A DNA stretch of 64,000 bases. Source: a bacterium. GTDB lineage: Bacteria > Hinthialibacterota > Hinthialibacteria > Hinthialibacterales > Hinthialibacteraceae. Shown here one piece after another: positions 32,001 through 41,544 of the stretch; the stretch's first letter is position 1; each line of letters starts with the position of its first letter. Below the pieces are notes generated by a model that saw only the letters and a list, made by a program, of their open reading frames with translations, made no database searches and was not told where the DNA came from. A program made the translations under genes and the position numbers. The stretch is taken from NCBI GenBank assembly GCA_963662285.2, contig CAXXMV010000002.1:1408001-1472000 (forward strand), in the 5' to 3' direction.

Positions 32001-32635
32001 ACCAGAGAGGAGGAACAAGCCGTATCCACCGCCATACTGGGGCCTTCAAAACCAAAGGTATAAGAAATTCTTCCTGCTGCGGGAGCGAAACAGGTTCCCG
32101 TCAAAGAATAGGCGTCTATTATTTCATTCTGACCCGAATGCCGGTGCGCCTGTGTATAATCGTCGCTTGATATCCCGACATATACTCCGGTGCGGCTCCC
32201 CATCAGTGAGGAGATATCAATACCGGCGTTTTCAAAGGCTTCCCAGGTTACTTCTAATAATAATCGTTGTTGAGGGTCTAGACTTAAAGTCTCTTTACCT
32301 GAAATGTTAAAGAAATGTGAATCAAATTCATTAACCGGACAAGTTAAGAAATTTGCATGACTGGCATGAGTAGTTCCAGGATTACTTATCAATGGATCAT
32401 AATAAACGTCTGCATCCCAGCGATCCGGTGGAACGGGAACACAGGCGTCCTTACCATTCATTAAAAAATCCCAGTATAAATCAGGATCATTGCATCCACC
32501 GGGAAATCTACAACCCATCCCGATGATTGCGATAGGTTCACGTTGCGCGTTCTCCAGCGTCTGCGCTTTTTTTTCGGCTTTTTTTAAAGCAATAAAGGTT
32601 TTTTTTAAGATTTCATTTCCTGATGGCTGATTCAT
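26042..32635 (-). CDS. Type I cis-AT PKS, fully reducing module KS-AT-DH-ER-KR-ACP
   Basis: KS DTACSSS; AT GHSIG/HAFH; [12 protein letters not shown]; [12 protein letters not shown]; [13 protein letters not shown] and YAAAN; ACP GFDSLM; N- and C-terminal docking helices. Confidence 0.95.
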   Translation of the reverse strand: MNQPSGNEILKKTFIALKKAEKKAQTLENAQREPIAIIGMGCRFPGGCNDPDLYWDFLMNGKDACVPVPPDRWDADVYYDPLISNPGTTHASHANFLTCPVNEFDSHFFNISGKETLSLDPQQRLLLEVTWEAFENAGIDISSLMGSRTGVYVGISSDDYTQAHRHSGQNEIIDAYSLTGTCFAPAAGRISYTFGFEGPSMAVDTACSSSLVALHLACQGLRNNESEIAIAGGVNLILSPIFHICSTKLGTISPDGKCKTFDASGDGYGRGEGCGIIVLKRLSDAQRDGDRILALIRGTAVNQDGKSNGLTAPNGLAQEKVIKRALSNAGLTPSDIDYIEAHGTGTKLGDPIEVESIARIIKDSHDKTNPLILCSVKSNIGHLEAAAGVSGVIKMVLSMMHNQFPPHLNMNVPNPLIPWDDIPVRVPLELTPWPKHDKPRRAGINSFGFSGTNAHVILEEPLPPEKHIEESNAVERPLHLLPISAKSKEALNDNLEKYAHYLENTPYSLADTCYTASVGRNHLPYRTIFTGKSKDEMQQGIKDCLNNKKSPAYHTNSGVVADSSIVFLFTGQGSQYAGMGRELFETQPVFRQAIEECNALVAKELSKSLIDMLYGENANDAELSQTGNTQPAIFAIQYALAKLWSSWGVNPDLIAGHSIGEYAAACFAGVMSLEDAIRLVALRGRLMQSLPKGGSMAAVFASEEAVLPFVDSLNGALSIAACNAPENVVISGDEKSVASAMQSLKDNGISTKPLVVSHAFHSRLMEPMLDEFAASAAKVQYQSPRIDIVSTVSGKLVDPGDFTTAEYWTQQIRKPVRFCQTAQTLAELGGTVFVEIGSMPVLTQLTRSSISSNDCLFLPSMKKGRDDWEQIGESLAKLYCHGEKIDWRGFDKPYKREKVILPNYSYQKKSYYLNPVVSSSIDQHRGKGMHPYLGERISSSFLPDDMILYNNVFTESNPGFLKEHHIFGNIISPGAGHICMALSAWRNAISHGACVMENVSLTSPLTLKSEQQRIVQMVVKDASSNRPSFQLTSKPDDATDAAWITHCQGEFTKFSGTYDKDEQWESLEELKKKFVDSPMTQEEFIAYMAQAGYEFGPHFKCVREIYQWKDEVLCLVVPVGKTDDNAVHPGLIDSLLQTVLPAINKTADSMLEGESVLIPLQFGKLVFTGSLEGDLYCHTRVVIQDKLLKCQLRIMNSSGATVLMVEDFLLKQTDRKTLFRQLGGEEKDWLYSIGWEEKSITTETQKIKDSRYIVFSNEPSITDALRNEIQQQGGDFIHVVEGDSYRKISDSSFAANLSSKEDIQQIVSAVSDTAKDIKVLFAMGMDDTSYSNSESSELLQKQIRLSEGMYYLVQALESLNLEHARIWIITRQSQMVQPEDRFANPYGSSLWGLGRTLVLESPLVWGGMIDVDEHLTPDGVAWLLGVLDSASEEKEFALRKNKESYVSRLRKESKNKLVQQAECYPQRSTQEAYYLDVGARGSLDELSFKTRLRKKPGLNEMEVKVYASGLNFRDVLNTLGQYPGDAGFLGYEASGVVTEIGEGITDFAVGESVIVMDAPGCICDYITCHRNAINKKPPGIGHNEAVTIPATFLTAYYALIRLAKITGDMRILIHAGTGGVGMAAIQIARDVGAEIYATAGTEEKRALLKELGVKHVFSSRTLDFADEIKEITNGAGVHVVLNSLANDFIEKSFSVLCDNGKFLEIGKKGIWTDEQVKEYNPTLQYDAFDLAAISRANPEFITEMYAEVYDKFVKQLYQPLPISVFPMEQAKEAFRFMAQAKHIGKVVLSRQNEIHRESVDNAGSVRSDAAYLVTGGLGALGLNIAEWLAEEGAGAIILTGRSGMKPAAETRIKTLQERGITVLVEQADIANPEAVEQLMTSIHDLDYPLKGVIHAAGVLDDGMGNEQDGNRLRKVMLPKIQGTCNLHNALMDHNLDFFVLFSSVVTVIGNLGQSNYAAANGFMDGFAHYRKHLGYPCQAINWGPWAEAGMAATVTVDRFSSQGIRSMPSDDCLRLFKRLLDGDMTQPSVLDVDWRTYAKSHNYDSSAGLFANLIGSSQSEQKTSQAEDSNQTDIIKQLEEAQTGAQNKILLDYLVRLSQEVLGYSESELISKTQPLADQGFDSLMTVDIRNRLSKKLNKPLPVSLLFDYPTLEKIADFILTSVLDITKTESTSQTDQEKNKLDNESMLQEIEELIKP

Positions 32636-32645
32636 TCCCGACTCC

Positions 32646-35489
32646 TCAATCTATATCTAATTCCGCTTTAATTAGTTGTTCTAAGTTTTCCACGTCAAGG
32701 TCATTTATATAATCAAATCCCATATCCTCATTTAAGTCTTGATCAATCAATTTTTCTGCATTATCAGTAATGGATTGCGGTTCTTTTTCATCCGGCAAAT
32801 TAAGGGAATTCTCAATTTGGGGCATCAAATAATCGGCTATTTTTAGGATATTTGGATAATTAAAAAGAAAGGTGGGATTCAAATTAAGATGAAAAACCTT
32901 TTCCATACAATTGCAAAATTCAACTGCGGATAAAGAACTGAAACCTTGTTCATGCAATGGAGTATTCTTATCAAAAACAAATGATTCCTGTCCGGTTACA
33001 TCACAAGCAGTCGCATTTATAAAATCGAGCAGAATCTTCTTCCGCTGTTTGGGCTGTGAATTACAGAATGTCTTAATCATGGTTTGCTGTTCTTTCTTGT
33101 CAGAACGCAAAGGAGCAATATTGTTATGCTCCATACTAGAATCACGATAACAACGCTGCCTTTGAAATGGATACAATGGAAGAGAAATGGCTTTGAAATG
33201 GCGGTCGCCATAAAAATTCCGCCAATTCACATCATTGCCATACTCATAAAAAAGTGCAATAGCATTCACGGCCCTTTCTTCAAAACTCCCATCCACGTTT
33301 TCACAAACGGGCAGATGCTTATAATCCTCTATTTTACACTCATTATCAATAGATTTAAATTTCGCTTGAGCTACATGAAAAAGAAAGTCAACCTGGTTAT
33401 TGATCAACGATTGAAGGATGTCTTTTTCAATAGTGTCTTTCATAGATATTACGGGAACGTCAATGTTATGATTCCCCGAACATCCATCCTTCAATACAGT
33501 TGACTCTTTTTTTAGAACCATGCCAATAGCTTTATCCAAATCAAGTTTCCCGGTCAAACAGCCCCCGGCCCATTCACCTGTTCCTGAACCAATAATCATT
33601 CGGGGAATAATCCCCCACGACATGAACAATTTTCCCAGCGCGTAATTAAGAACAAACTCGTTTAATTCTATTATGGGGATTTGTTCAGGAATGGGATAAT
33701 TATCAAGTAAATATCGGGAATATGAAAAATCGGTATATTGCTGGATGCAATGGTCGCAGGCATCAATTCCCTCATGGAAAGCAGCGTAATGCTGGTAAAA
33801 ATACCTGATTTCACTGCCCGTCAGATTAGCCGCACCTTCAATAATAAAGCATCCATTTAATTTCGTTGTTTTGTTAAATATTGGTTCGCAAATGAATCGA
33901 TCCAGTTGCCCAGATATATCGTTTATGTTTTTCCCGCTAAAAAACTTTCGAATCGGGAAATGGGTTCTTCCCATACTCGCAGCATAACCCAGGTCGCTTA
34001 TGCATTCCAAGGAATCGCATATTCTTGATTTATAGGCTTGCGCCAAATCAATCAGCGCCTCTTTCGACTTGGCTGATATGGGCAATATGGATAAACCGGC
34101 ATTACTATCACTATATTGTTGTTGCGCTGATTTATCCTCATTCTTCATCGTATGCGATTCGGCATTGAAATCTTCTAAAATCACATGTGCATTTGTCCCC
34201 GTAATACCAAACGAACTGATTCCTGCGTAACGGATTTTATCCTGCGCAGGCCATGAAACCGCTTCTTGGGGAACGCGGAATGGAACCTTATCCCATTCAA
34301 CAGCATCTACCGGATTGTTAAAATGCAAATTCGGGGGAATTGTTTCGTGTTGCAGGGCGAGAATGGTCTTGATCATCCCCGCCATACCCGCTCCCGCCTC
34401 TAAATGCCCGATAACAGTTTTGGCTGAACCGATCAGCAGGGATTTCTCATGGTTGTTGTTATGAGAAAACACCTCCTCCAGAGCATGCAATTCTGCTGCA
34501 TCTCCTAATGGATTGCCGGTTCCATGCGTCTCAATATAATCAATTTGGTCGGGTTGCAAATCCGCTTTGCGTAAGGCATCCTGAATTAATTGAACCTGAG
34601 CGTCTTGTTTTGGAGATGTAAAACTTGAACCAAAACCTCCATGATTGACGGATGAGGCTGGAGATACCGCAAATATCCGGTTGTTATCATTCATAGCGTC
34701 AGGGATGCGCTTCAATAAAACTACGCCGCAACCCTCAGAGCGAACATAACCATCCGCAGATGCATCAAAGGCCTTGCAGCGTCCGGTGGGTGACAATACG
34801 CCTAATTTGGATAAATAAATATATGGATTAGGAGATAAAAGACAGTTGACCCCGCCCGCCAAGGCAACATCACATTCCCCGTTTCGCAAGGATTGGCAGG
34901 CGTAATGAAAAGCTACTAATGAGGAAGAACAGGCTGTATCTATCGATAGAGACGGCCCTTCAAATCCATAAAAATAGGATAACCTTCCGCTGGCTGAACA
35001 TCCCATGCCGCCCAGCCCTGAATATAGGTCAATTGAATCTGTTTGATTAGACCATATCTGTTGACCCAAACAATCATTGGTGGTGATGCCAATGAATACC
35101 CCGACTGGTTTATTTTTAAGCGTCGAAGGACATATACAGGCGCTTTCGAATGTTTTCCAGGAAACCTCCAATAATAAACGCTGCTGTGGATCTAATGCAG
35201 ATGCTTCATTGGGTGAGAGTCCAAAAAATGAGTAATCTATATCCCGGATATCCACATCTTGCAAAAAACCGCCCCATTTGGAGTTCGTCTTGCCTGATGC
35301 AGCTAAATCTTTTGAATAAAAATCTTCCCATCCCCAGCGTTCCAATGGAATCTCTGAGATTGCATCCTCACCATTACATATTAATGACCAATATGAATCA
35401 GGATCATTGGCGCCGCCAGGAAAACAACAGCCTATACCTACTATTGCGATTTTTTCTAAGTCTCTTCTTGCTAAAACTTTTCTTACCAT
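32646..35489 (-). CDS. Type I PKS first module: KS-degenerate AT-ACP
   Basis: KS has intact DTACSSS, HGTG and GHLE. The AT-like region is shortened, has GSGTGEW in place of GHSxG and lacks HAFH/YASH. ACP GFSSLS; C-terminal docking helix. Start at 35489 or 35519. Confidence 0.88.
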   Translation of the reverse strand: MVRKVLARRDLEKIAIVGIGCCFPGGANDPDSYWSLICNGEDAISEIPLERWGWEDFYSKDLAASGKTNSKWGGFLQDVDIRDIDYSFFGLSPNEASALDPQQRLLLEVSWKTFESACICPSTLKNKPVGVFIGITTNDCLGQQIWSNQTDSIDLYSGLGGMGCSASGRLSYFYGFEGPSLSIDTACSSSLVAFHYACQSLRNGECDVALAGGVNCLLSPNPYIYLSKLGVLSPTGRCKAFDASADGYVRSEGCGVVLLKRIPDAMNDNNRIFAVSPASSVNHGGFGSSFTSPKQDAQVQLIQDALRKADLQPDQIDYIETHGTGNPLGDAAELHALEEVFSHNNNHEKSLLIGSAKTVIGHLEAGAGMAGMIKTILALQHETIPPNLHFNNPVDAVEWDKVPFRVPQEAVSWPAQDKIRYAGISSFGITGTNAHVILEDFNAESHTMKNEDKSAQQQYSDSNAGLSILPISAKSKEALIDLAQAYKSRICDSLECISDLGYAASMGRTHFPIRKFFSGKNINDISGQLDRFICEPIFNKTTKLNGCFIIEGAANLTGSEIRYFYQHYAAFHEGIDACDHCIQQYTDFSYSRYLLDNYPIPEQIPIIELNEFVLNYALGKLFMSWGIIPRMIIGSGTGEWAGGCLTGKLDLDKAIGMVLKKESTVLKDGCSGNHNIDVPVISMKDTIEKDILQSLINNQVDFLFHVAQAKFKSIDNECKIEDYKHLPVCENVDGSFEERAVNAIALFYEYGNDVNWRNFYGDRHFKAISLPLYPFQRQRCYRDSSMEHNNIAPLRSDKKEQQTMIKTFCNSQPKQRKKILLDFINATACDVTGQESFVFDKNTPLHEQGFSSLSAVEFCNCMEKVFHLNLNPTFLFNYPNILKIADYLMPQIENSLNLPDEKEPQSITDNAEKLIDQDLNEDMGFDYINDLDVENLEQLIKAELDID

Positions 35490-35784
35490 AATAATGTAAT
35501 TTAAACCTAAATTGACCATTTTTACTAGACAATACCAATCATCTTCTGAATAACGCCAGATAATAATTTTTGTCCTTAGAAACTGGGATTATTTAATAAG
35601 AATCGGCCTGGGGAAATAAAAAAGCGCTAAAGTACTTAAAGCAAAGAGGCTTTTAATGATTTTCCTTACAAACAGATTAAAAAACAATTAAAATCTTCAC
35701 GAATTAACTGGCAGTGACAGTGTTTTGAATGATCTTGGTGTAGAATATCTTACATTTGTATATTTTTCTCGCGGATAAAACATT
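35490..35784. promoter_or_regulatory. Divergent promoter region between the PKS/NRPS operon and the ABC exporter
   Basis: About 290 bp of AT-rich non-coding sequence between divergent starts. Confidence 0.5.
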
Positions 35785-37410
35785 ATGGAAATTTTCAACT
35801 ATTTGAAATCCGAAGTTAAACTTCTAGCGCCTGGAAAACTCGTTTTATATGCATTTTCAGGTTCTATCCATTTCGTTATTATCCTTTTACTTATCATTTC
35901 CGCACTATCTGTTCCAGATGTTCATTTCAAAAATGTCTTACTATTTTCGTTATTGATCTATGCATTTATACGTCTTCAAAAAAACGCAATGGATGAATCA
36001 GTCCGTATTATCGATAACAATATCATCCAAATCCGCCTCCGGTTGGTCGATCAAATTCGCAACCTCACTCTTTCTTCTTTTGAAACTATTGATTATAACC
36101 GCTTTATCACAATTTTAACCCAAGAATCTCAGCATATTTGTGAATTGGGTAATCTTTTTCCCCGACTTTGTTCATCTATCTTCCTTTTTTGTATCGCTTT
36201 TTTGTATATTTCCATAATTTCCTTTCCCGCATTCTTGTTATCCATTCTATTTATTATTTGTGGAGTTCAATATTACAGGATAAACCGGGCAAAACATGAG
36301 AAATACCTCATTGAAGCCAGTCATAAGGAAGACTCTTTCTTCGAACTTTTGAATCAGCTTCTTGATGGATTCAAGGAATTAAAAATCCATCGGGGCAAAA
36401 ACGATGATTTATATAACAATTATCTTCTTAAGTGCGCCAAAGAAGTAGAAGAATTGAAGGTTTTTTCTTCCTCGCAATTGTCCAAATCAATCATTTACGC
36501 CAATCTTTTTTGTTATATATTTATTGCCTTCCTGATCTTCATTTTTCCTGAGATTTTAGAAATCACCCAATCACAACTGATTCAAATTATTGCGATATCC
36601 CTCTTCATCACAACCGGACCCATTCAGGAAATCGTAGGCTCATTTCCTTTTATCGAACGCGCCAATATGGCCATTAAACACCTGGATATGATGGAGAAGC
36701 AATTACAGGAGTGTGAGTTTGATACTGTATCCGGGTTGGAAGAAGCTAATCTTCCCCTGCCTTTCGAGTCACTTCATCTCACCAATGTCAGTTTTCAATA
36801 CCAATCAAACATTGCCGATTCCAATTTTGGAATCGGACCTATTGATTTTGAAATTAACCAAGGCGAAATAATCTTTATAATGGGGGGCAATGGCGCCGGA
36901 AAATCAACCTTTTTGAAAGTACTGGTTGGATTATACCCGCACTGTGAAGGCAATATCGCATGGAATGATATATCAATTTGTCAACAAAACCGGACAGGTT
37001 ATCAAGCAAATTTTGCGGTTATTTTTCAAGACATGCACCTTTTTGACCGGCTATATGGCATCAAAAAGATTGATGTGGAAAAAGCAGAACAATTATTGGT
37101 AACAATGAAACTAGCAGACAAAACAACAATCACAGAAGATGGAGCAATTACTAATATTCGATTATCCGCAGGACAAAAAAAACGCCTGGCTCTTATCATT
37201 TCCGAAATGGATGATAAACAAATCTATGTGTTTGATGAATGGGCTGCTGATCAAGACCCCAAATTCAGAAAATATTTCTATGAAGTCTACCTTCTCGATC
37301 TAACCAAACAGGGAAAAACCATCATTGCCATCACCCATGATGATCATTATTATCATATTGCCGATCACCTTTTTAAAATGGATTACGGCGTACTGACTAA
37401 ACTTAGGTAA
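35785..37410 (+). CDS. Cyclic-peptide export ABC transporter (PvdE/SyrD/YojI family), fused TMD-NBD
   Basis: N-terminal transmembrane helices, GFKELK, Walker A GGNGAGKST, LSAGQKKR and the family signature FDEWAADQDPKFR. Confidence 0.93.
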   Translation: MEIFNYLKSEVKLLAPGKLVLYAFSGSIHFVIILLLIISALSVPDVHFKNVLLFSLLIYAFIRLQKNAMDESVRIIDNNIIQIRLRLVDQIRNLTLSSFETIDYNRFITILTQESQHICELGNLFPRLCSSIFLFCIAFLYISIISFPAFLLSILFIICGVQYYRINRAKHEKYLIEASHKEDSFFELLNQLLDGFKELKIHRGKNDDLYNNYLLKCAKEVEELKVFSSSQLSKSIIYANLFCYIFIAFLIFIFPEILEITQSQLIQIIAISLFITTGPIQEIVGSFPFIERANMAIKHLDMMEKQLQECEFDTVSGLEEANLPLPFESLHLTNVSFQYQSNIADSNFGIGPIDFEINQGEIIFIMGGNGAGKSTFLKVLVGLYPHCEGNIAWNDISICQQNRTGYQANFAVIFQDMHLFDRLYGIKKIDVEKAEQLLVTMKLADKTTITEDGAITNIRLSAGQKKRLALIISEMDDKQIYVFDEWAADQDPKFRKYFYEVYLLDLTKQGKTIIAITHDDHYYHIADHLFKMDYGVLTKLR

Positions 37411-37442
37411 TATCATTATATTATTATGAAAACTACTCTAAA

Positions 37443-37479
37443 ATGCCGTAACCTCTTATATATAAGATGATTACGGCAT
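37443..37479. terminator. Hairpin between convergent genes, probable intrinsic terminator
   Basis: Arms atgccgtaa/ttacggcat around an inner palindrome tcttata-tataaga; a short T run follows on the minus strand. Confidence 0.7.
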
Positions 37480-37522
37480 CTGTAAATGAAAAAAATAAAC
37501 TATTCGCCTAAACTCCCGCTAT

Positions 37523-39052
37523 CTAATTTCCACTATCCTGTTTTTGTAAAGCATAAATATTATTCATAGTAGTCACATAGATAACGCCATTAGCTGCTGT
37601 TACCGTACTGGCTATCGGGCTATCCATCCTGATTTCACTGATTACTTTTTTTGATCTGTCAGCCGCCAGAATGAATAAATCCTTCCGTCTTGTTCCCACA
37701 TAAAGCTTCCCATCAGCGACGAGTGGAGACGCCCATATTTCATATTTGGCATCATGCGTCCAGTATATCTTACCTGTTTCGGCATCCAAACAATGTATCA
37801 ATCCTTCACAATCCGTTATGAATATCAATCCATTGAAGATCGCCGGCGTCGCACAGCAGTGCGTGTTCATTTCATGCGACCAGAGTAGCCCGGATGAAGT
37901 AATATCGCCTTGTTTGGCAGCGTCTATACACTGGAGCCATGACTTTTTCTTTCCCCACCAGATATCACCACCAACAGCAACATATACGCGGTTATTGTGG
38001 AACACTGGCATGCCTTTGATATTACTTGGACTCTCTTTTCGATTTCTTTTATATTCGTTAATGTTTTCTTTGGGAGCCGTGGGATCACAGTCAAAACGCC
38101 AGACTCTTTTCAGTTTTTCTATCTTGCCCTCCGGCGGGATCGATTTCAAAGCCTCAAACGCATACATGACTCCATCACCACCACCAAAAAAGATCAACTT
38201 TTGTCCATTCACCAAACCAAGCGCGGGTGATGACCAGGTGCTATGGAAAATAAGAGGGCCGATTCCTTCATAATCGCGGGCCAAAAGACGGCCGGTTTTC
38301 TTGTCCAGCACAATAAGGCTGGGGCCATCTGGACATAAAATCCCCTTATGAGTATTGTCTACGCCGTTGCTTGTGTTGATGTATAGAAAATCTTCATCCA
38401 TAAGAATTGCACTGTGCGCCCCATCATGAGGATGGGTTCCTGCCTGGTTGGGGATATCAAACAGCCAGATAATGTCTGCATCCAGGGGCGTCACCTCATA
38501 AGATTTATCTTCCCCCAAGCCCATATGAAGCCCCTCATCCATGTATGGTCCATCGTTGCCGTTGCTCTGCCCATTTATATCCAGGCACATCGCTTCACCG
38601 CGATTGGTGACGACATAAACACGATCGCCCTCGATAGTCACAGGAGAAACGATGCCCGCGCGAGGCCAGTCTAGAAAAGGATCAGAACTAAGTTTTGGAA
38701 CTACTAACTGCCACAATAAAGCGCCATTCTCTTCATTCAAACATAACAGTATTCCTCGGTCTCCTTTATGGCGTGGATCTCGCGGTAGTTGGTTGTTGGA
38801 GCCGATAAATACTTTCCCGTCTGCTATCATGGGAGTAGACCATGTCTCACTCCCAAGGGGCGCCACCCACTTTACATTTCTTCCTGAAACGGGATCAAAA
38901 TCATCCACCAGGCCGGTTTCGCCGGAAATCATGTTTCGCGTGTGTTTCTCACCCCACTGAAGTTGATCATCCGCATAAGCATTTGATATAGAAAGGCATA
39001 CGAAGACTGTTATTACTACCACTAATACAACATTATTTTTTCCTGCCGTCAT
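37523..39052 (-). CDS. Secreted PQQ-like/BamB-type beta-propeller repeat protein
   Basis: Signal peptide ending AYA; repeated W..ST/SP...G.V.V blades (WSTPMIADGKVFIG, WASPLVADGKLYVG); QWGxxxxRNMIS N-terminus. Confidence 0.85.
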   Translation of the reverse strand: MTAGKNNVVLVVVITVFVCLSISNAYADDQLQWGEKHTRNMISGETGLVDDFDPVSGRNVKWVAPLGSETWSTPMIADGKVFIGSNNQLPRDPRHKGDRGILLCLNEENGALLWQLVVPKLSSDPFLDWPRAGIVSPVTIEGDRVYVVTNRGEAMCLDINGQSNGNDGPYMDEGLHMGLGEDKSYEVTPLDADIIWLFDIPNQAGTHPHDGAHSAILMDEDFLYINTSNGVDNTHKGILCPDGPSLIVLDKKTGRLLARDYEGIGPLIFHSTWSSPALGLVNGQKLIFFGGGDGVMYAFEALKSIPPEGKIEKLKRVWRFDCDPTAPKENINEYKRNRKESPSNIKGMPVFHNNRVYVAVGGDIWWGKKKSWLQCIDAAKQGDITSSGLLWSHEMNTHCCATPAIFNGLIFITDCEGLIHCLDAETGKIYWTHDAKYEIWASPLVADGKLYVGTRRKDLFILAADRSKKVISEIRMDSPIASTVTAANGVIYVTTMNNIYALQKQDSGN

Positions 39053-39192
39053 GATTCATTTTCCTGTTCTTACAACAATCTTGCTAAATTATTTACGAGG
39101 TGTAATTCTACTTAATCAGCGTTCATCGTGCTTGATTTATCCGTATTTTCTTTTTCAGATTAAATCAATTTGTTTTATAAGATAGTGAAGGA

Positions 39193-41544
39193 TTAGAGAT
39201 TTAATAGTTTTGAAGCCCGTGCAATTAAGTCGTAAGGTGAAAATGGCTTCTGGATATAATCGTTGGCGCCAAGTTCAAAACCGCGTGCAATGTCTTTTTC
39301 GCTCCCCATAGATGTCAGCAGTATAACGGGAAGCTTTTTAGAATCAAAATTGCGCCGGATATTTTCCAGCACCTTAAATCCATCCATGTGGGGCAGTTTT
39401 ATATCCAGAATTACCAAGGAGTAAGGTTTCTGAAGTACTTGGTCTACTGCGGATCGACCATCCGTAACCAAATCAATTTCGATGCCGGTCCTGGATAAAC
39501 GTTGAACCAGAAAAGAACCGATAATTTCATCATCCTCGACGCATAATATCTTTTTTTGTTTATATAGTGAATCGAGAACCAGAGTTTCAAGCAAGTGAGT
39601 GGAATCGGTTTTGGCATCTAATAAGCCATGCTCCAAAGCGCCTAATAATTCATCAAACATGAATTTTGACTGAATGGAAACCATAGAGGAACAAAAAGCG
39701 AATGATCGTTTCTCTTGATCGGGTAATTCAAAAAATGACTGTTGGCCAATTACATGCAAATTGTTTATAGCATCGTAATTGGTCAGACTCTCATCCGGTT
39801 TATACAATCCGAGTAGTTGGTTCATATTCCATTTCATTAAAAGTAAAGCGTCTCCAAGTTTTTCATCAATCAAGTTTGCAAATTTATTAATGAAATCCTT
39901 GGATGTTTGGAGACCATAGTGCATTAGCGCATCATGGCAATGAATAAGTTCGATCAATACCAGATACGAGTTCTGGTTATGGTTTAATAATTCCTGGTAC
40001 TCTTTTTCAAAAGTAATTTTGTCGGTGAAAAGATGTTGAGATGAATCTGCGCTAGCTGAAATTCTTCGAAGAATTTTGGTAATGGTTGATTTAAACTCAT
40101 TGTGGTCAAAAGGTTTGGTATAGAAAAATTCAGCCCCCCAGAGAAAACACTCCCGTTTAACCTGCTCCTCAATTTTATTAGAGATCACCACGATGGGAAT
40201 GTTCATTTTTTGCGGATCTTGTTTCAATTGACGTATCAGATAACGACCATCGGCGTCAGGTAAAATGAAATCTGTAATAATCAATGATATCTTTTCAGTT
40301 TTAAGCGTCTCTAAAGCCATCGTAGTAGTAGAAGCGTGTATAAATTCATAGTTGCAATCGCTGAAAATCTCCTGGAGCAGTTGTTGGATGCTTTCTCCAT
40401 CTTCAAGTAACAGAATTCGAGGTGGAGTAACCAAGGTGACTTTTTCAAGATAATTAATAAAATCGAATGTGTTCTGGATAAATTCTTCCCCCATCGCTTC
40501 TTCCACGGTTACCGCTTTTTCGGATATTTCCCGATAGCCGTATAAAGCGCTTGAACCACGTAAAGAATGAGCAATCCTCTTGATTGTTGTTTCTGACTGG
40601 GATGATTGAATGGTATTCAAATCCTGGCTGGCTTTTTTTAGATCTATTATTCTTTGTTTTAAGTTTTTGATAAAAAACGCTTCCATGTCTTCGGCGTTTT
40701 CCTCTCCGATGGCATCGGGCATTAATGTGAATGTGTGTTGTTCTTCTTCGCTGTCAACAACAAGAAATTGTGTAAGAATGCTTTCAATATCTGAAGGTTG
40801 AAAAGGTTTACTGATAAAATGGTTAAAACCATTTTGTATGCATTTCTCCCGGAAAGTTTCCGTGGTATGCGCGGTCAAAGCAATGATCGGTATATGGGGT
40901 TGGCGTATCTCTCTGTTTTGATTGCGAATCGCTTTTGCGATTTCGAATCCACTCATGTCGGGCAATTCCAAATCCAACAACACCAGTCCGAAATCACGGT
41001 TGGCAAGCATCTGAAACGCTTCTTCCCCTGTTTGCACAGCGCAGACGGAATAACCTAGTTTTTGCAGTATGGTTTTGGCAACGCGGATATTTAGGATTTC
41101 ATCTTCAACCAGCAAAATTTCGGTAGCGGAACTGGCTTTACGATTCATCGCTTCAGAGGGGGCGTAATTCTTGAGATGACTACGTACTCTCGCTTTCACA
41201 ACGGCAGGAGAGAATGGTTTTGTAATATAATCGACGGCGCCAATTTCAAATCCATATGACTCCTCTTCAGGATTGTCTTTGGCCGTGATGAATATTATCG
41301 GGATATGACTAATTTTTTGATCCGCTTGGACGCGTCGGCATATTTCATAACCGTCGATCTCAGGCATCATGATATCCAACAGGATTAAATCGGGAGGATT
41401 ATCGGATTTGATCAGGTCTAAGGCTTTTGGACTTTTGGTTGTAAAAAAGACCTCAAATTCGTCTTTCAAAACTTCATTAAGCGTTTTGATGTTCAACGGT
41501 TCATCGTCGATAATTAATATTCTAAAGGTTTTGTTAGTATTCAT
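39193..41544 (-). CDS. Multi-domain response regulator REC-REC-HPt-REC-(degenerate GGDEF)-REC
   Basis: Four receiver motifs (LLDIMMP, LLDLELP, ITDFILP, ILDIKLP), each with a downstream KPF; HPt AHSLRGSS; GGDEF-like region without the signature. Overlaps the upstream kinase by 4 bp. Confidence 0.88.
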   Translation of the reverse strand: MNTNKTFRILIIDDEPLNIKTLNEVLKDEFEVFFTTKSPKALDLIKSDNPPDLILLDIMMPEIDGYEICRRVQADQKISHIPIIFITAKDNPEEESYGFEIGAVDYITKPFSPAVVKARVRSHLKNYAPSEAMNRKASSATEILLVEDEILNIRVAKTILQKLGYSVCAVQTGEEAFQMLANRDFGLVLLDLELPDMSGFEIAKAIRNQNREIRQPHIPIIALTAHTTETFREKCIQNGFNHFISKPFQPSDIESILTQFLVVDSEEEQHTFTLMPDAIGEENAEDMEAFFIKNLKQRIIDLKKASQDLNTIQSSQSETTIKRIAHSLRGSSALYGYREISEKAVTVEEAMGEEFIQNTFDFINYLEKVTLVTPPRILLLEDGESIQQLLQEIFSDCNYEFIHASTTTMALETLKTEKISLIITDFILPDADGRYLIRQLKQDPQKMNIPIVVISNKIEEQVKRECFLWGAEFFYTKPFDHNEFKSTITKILRRISASADSSQHLFTDKITFEKEYQELLNHNQNSYLVLIELIHCHDALMHYGLQTSKDFINKFANLIDEKLGDALLLMKWNMNQLLGLYKPDESLTNYDAINNLHVIGQQSFFELPDQEKRSFAFCSSMVSIQSKFMFDELLGALEHGLLDAKTDSTHLLETLVLDSLYKQKKILCVEDDEIIGSFLVQRLSRTGIEIDLVTDGRSAVDQVLQKPYSLVILDIKLPHMDGFKVLENIRRNFDSKKLPVILLTSMGSEKDIARGFELGANDYIQKPFSPYDLIARASKLLNL

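Noticed and set aside
6218-35491. Many 60-150-aa ORFs antisense to or out of frame within the PKS/NRPS genes
   Set aside because: They lie inside long motif-bearing genes and have no recognisable motifs; expected shadow ORFs.
37746-38273. 175-aa plus-strand ORF
   Set aside because: Fully antisense to the beta-propeller gene, with no independent coding evidence.
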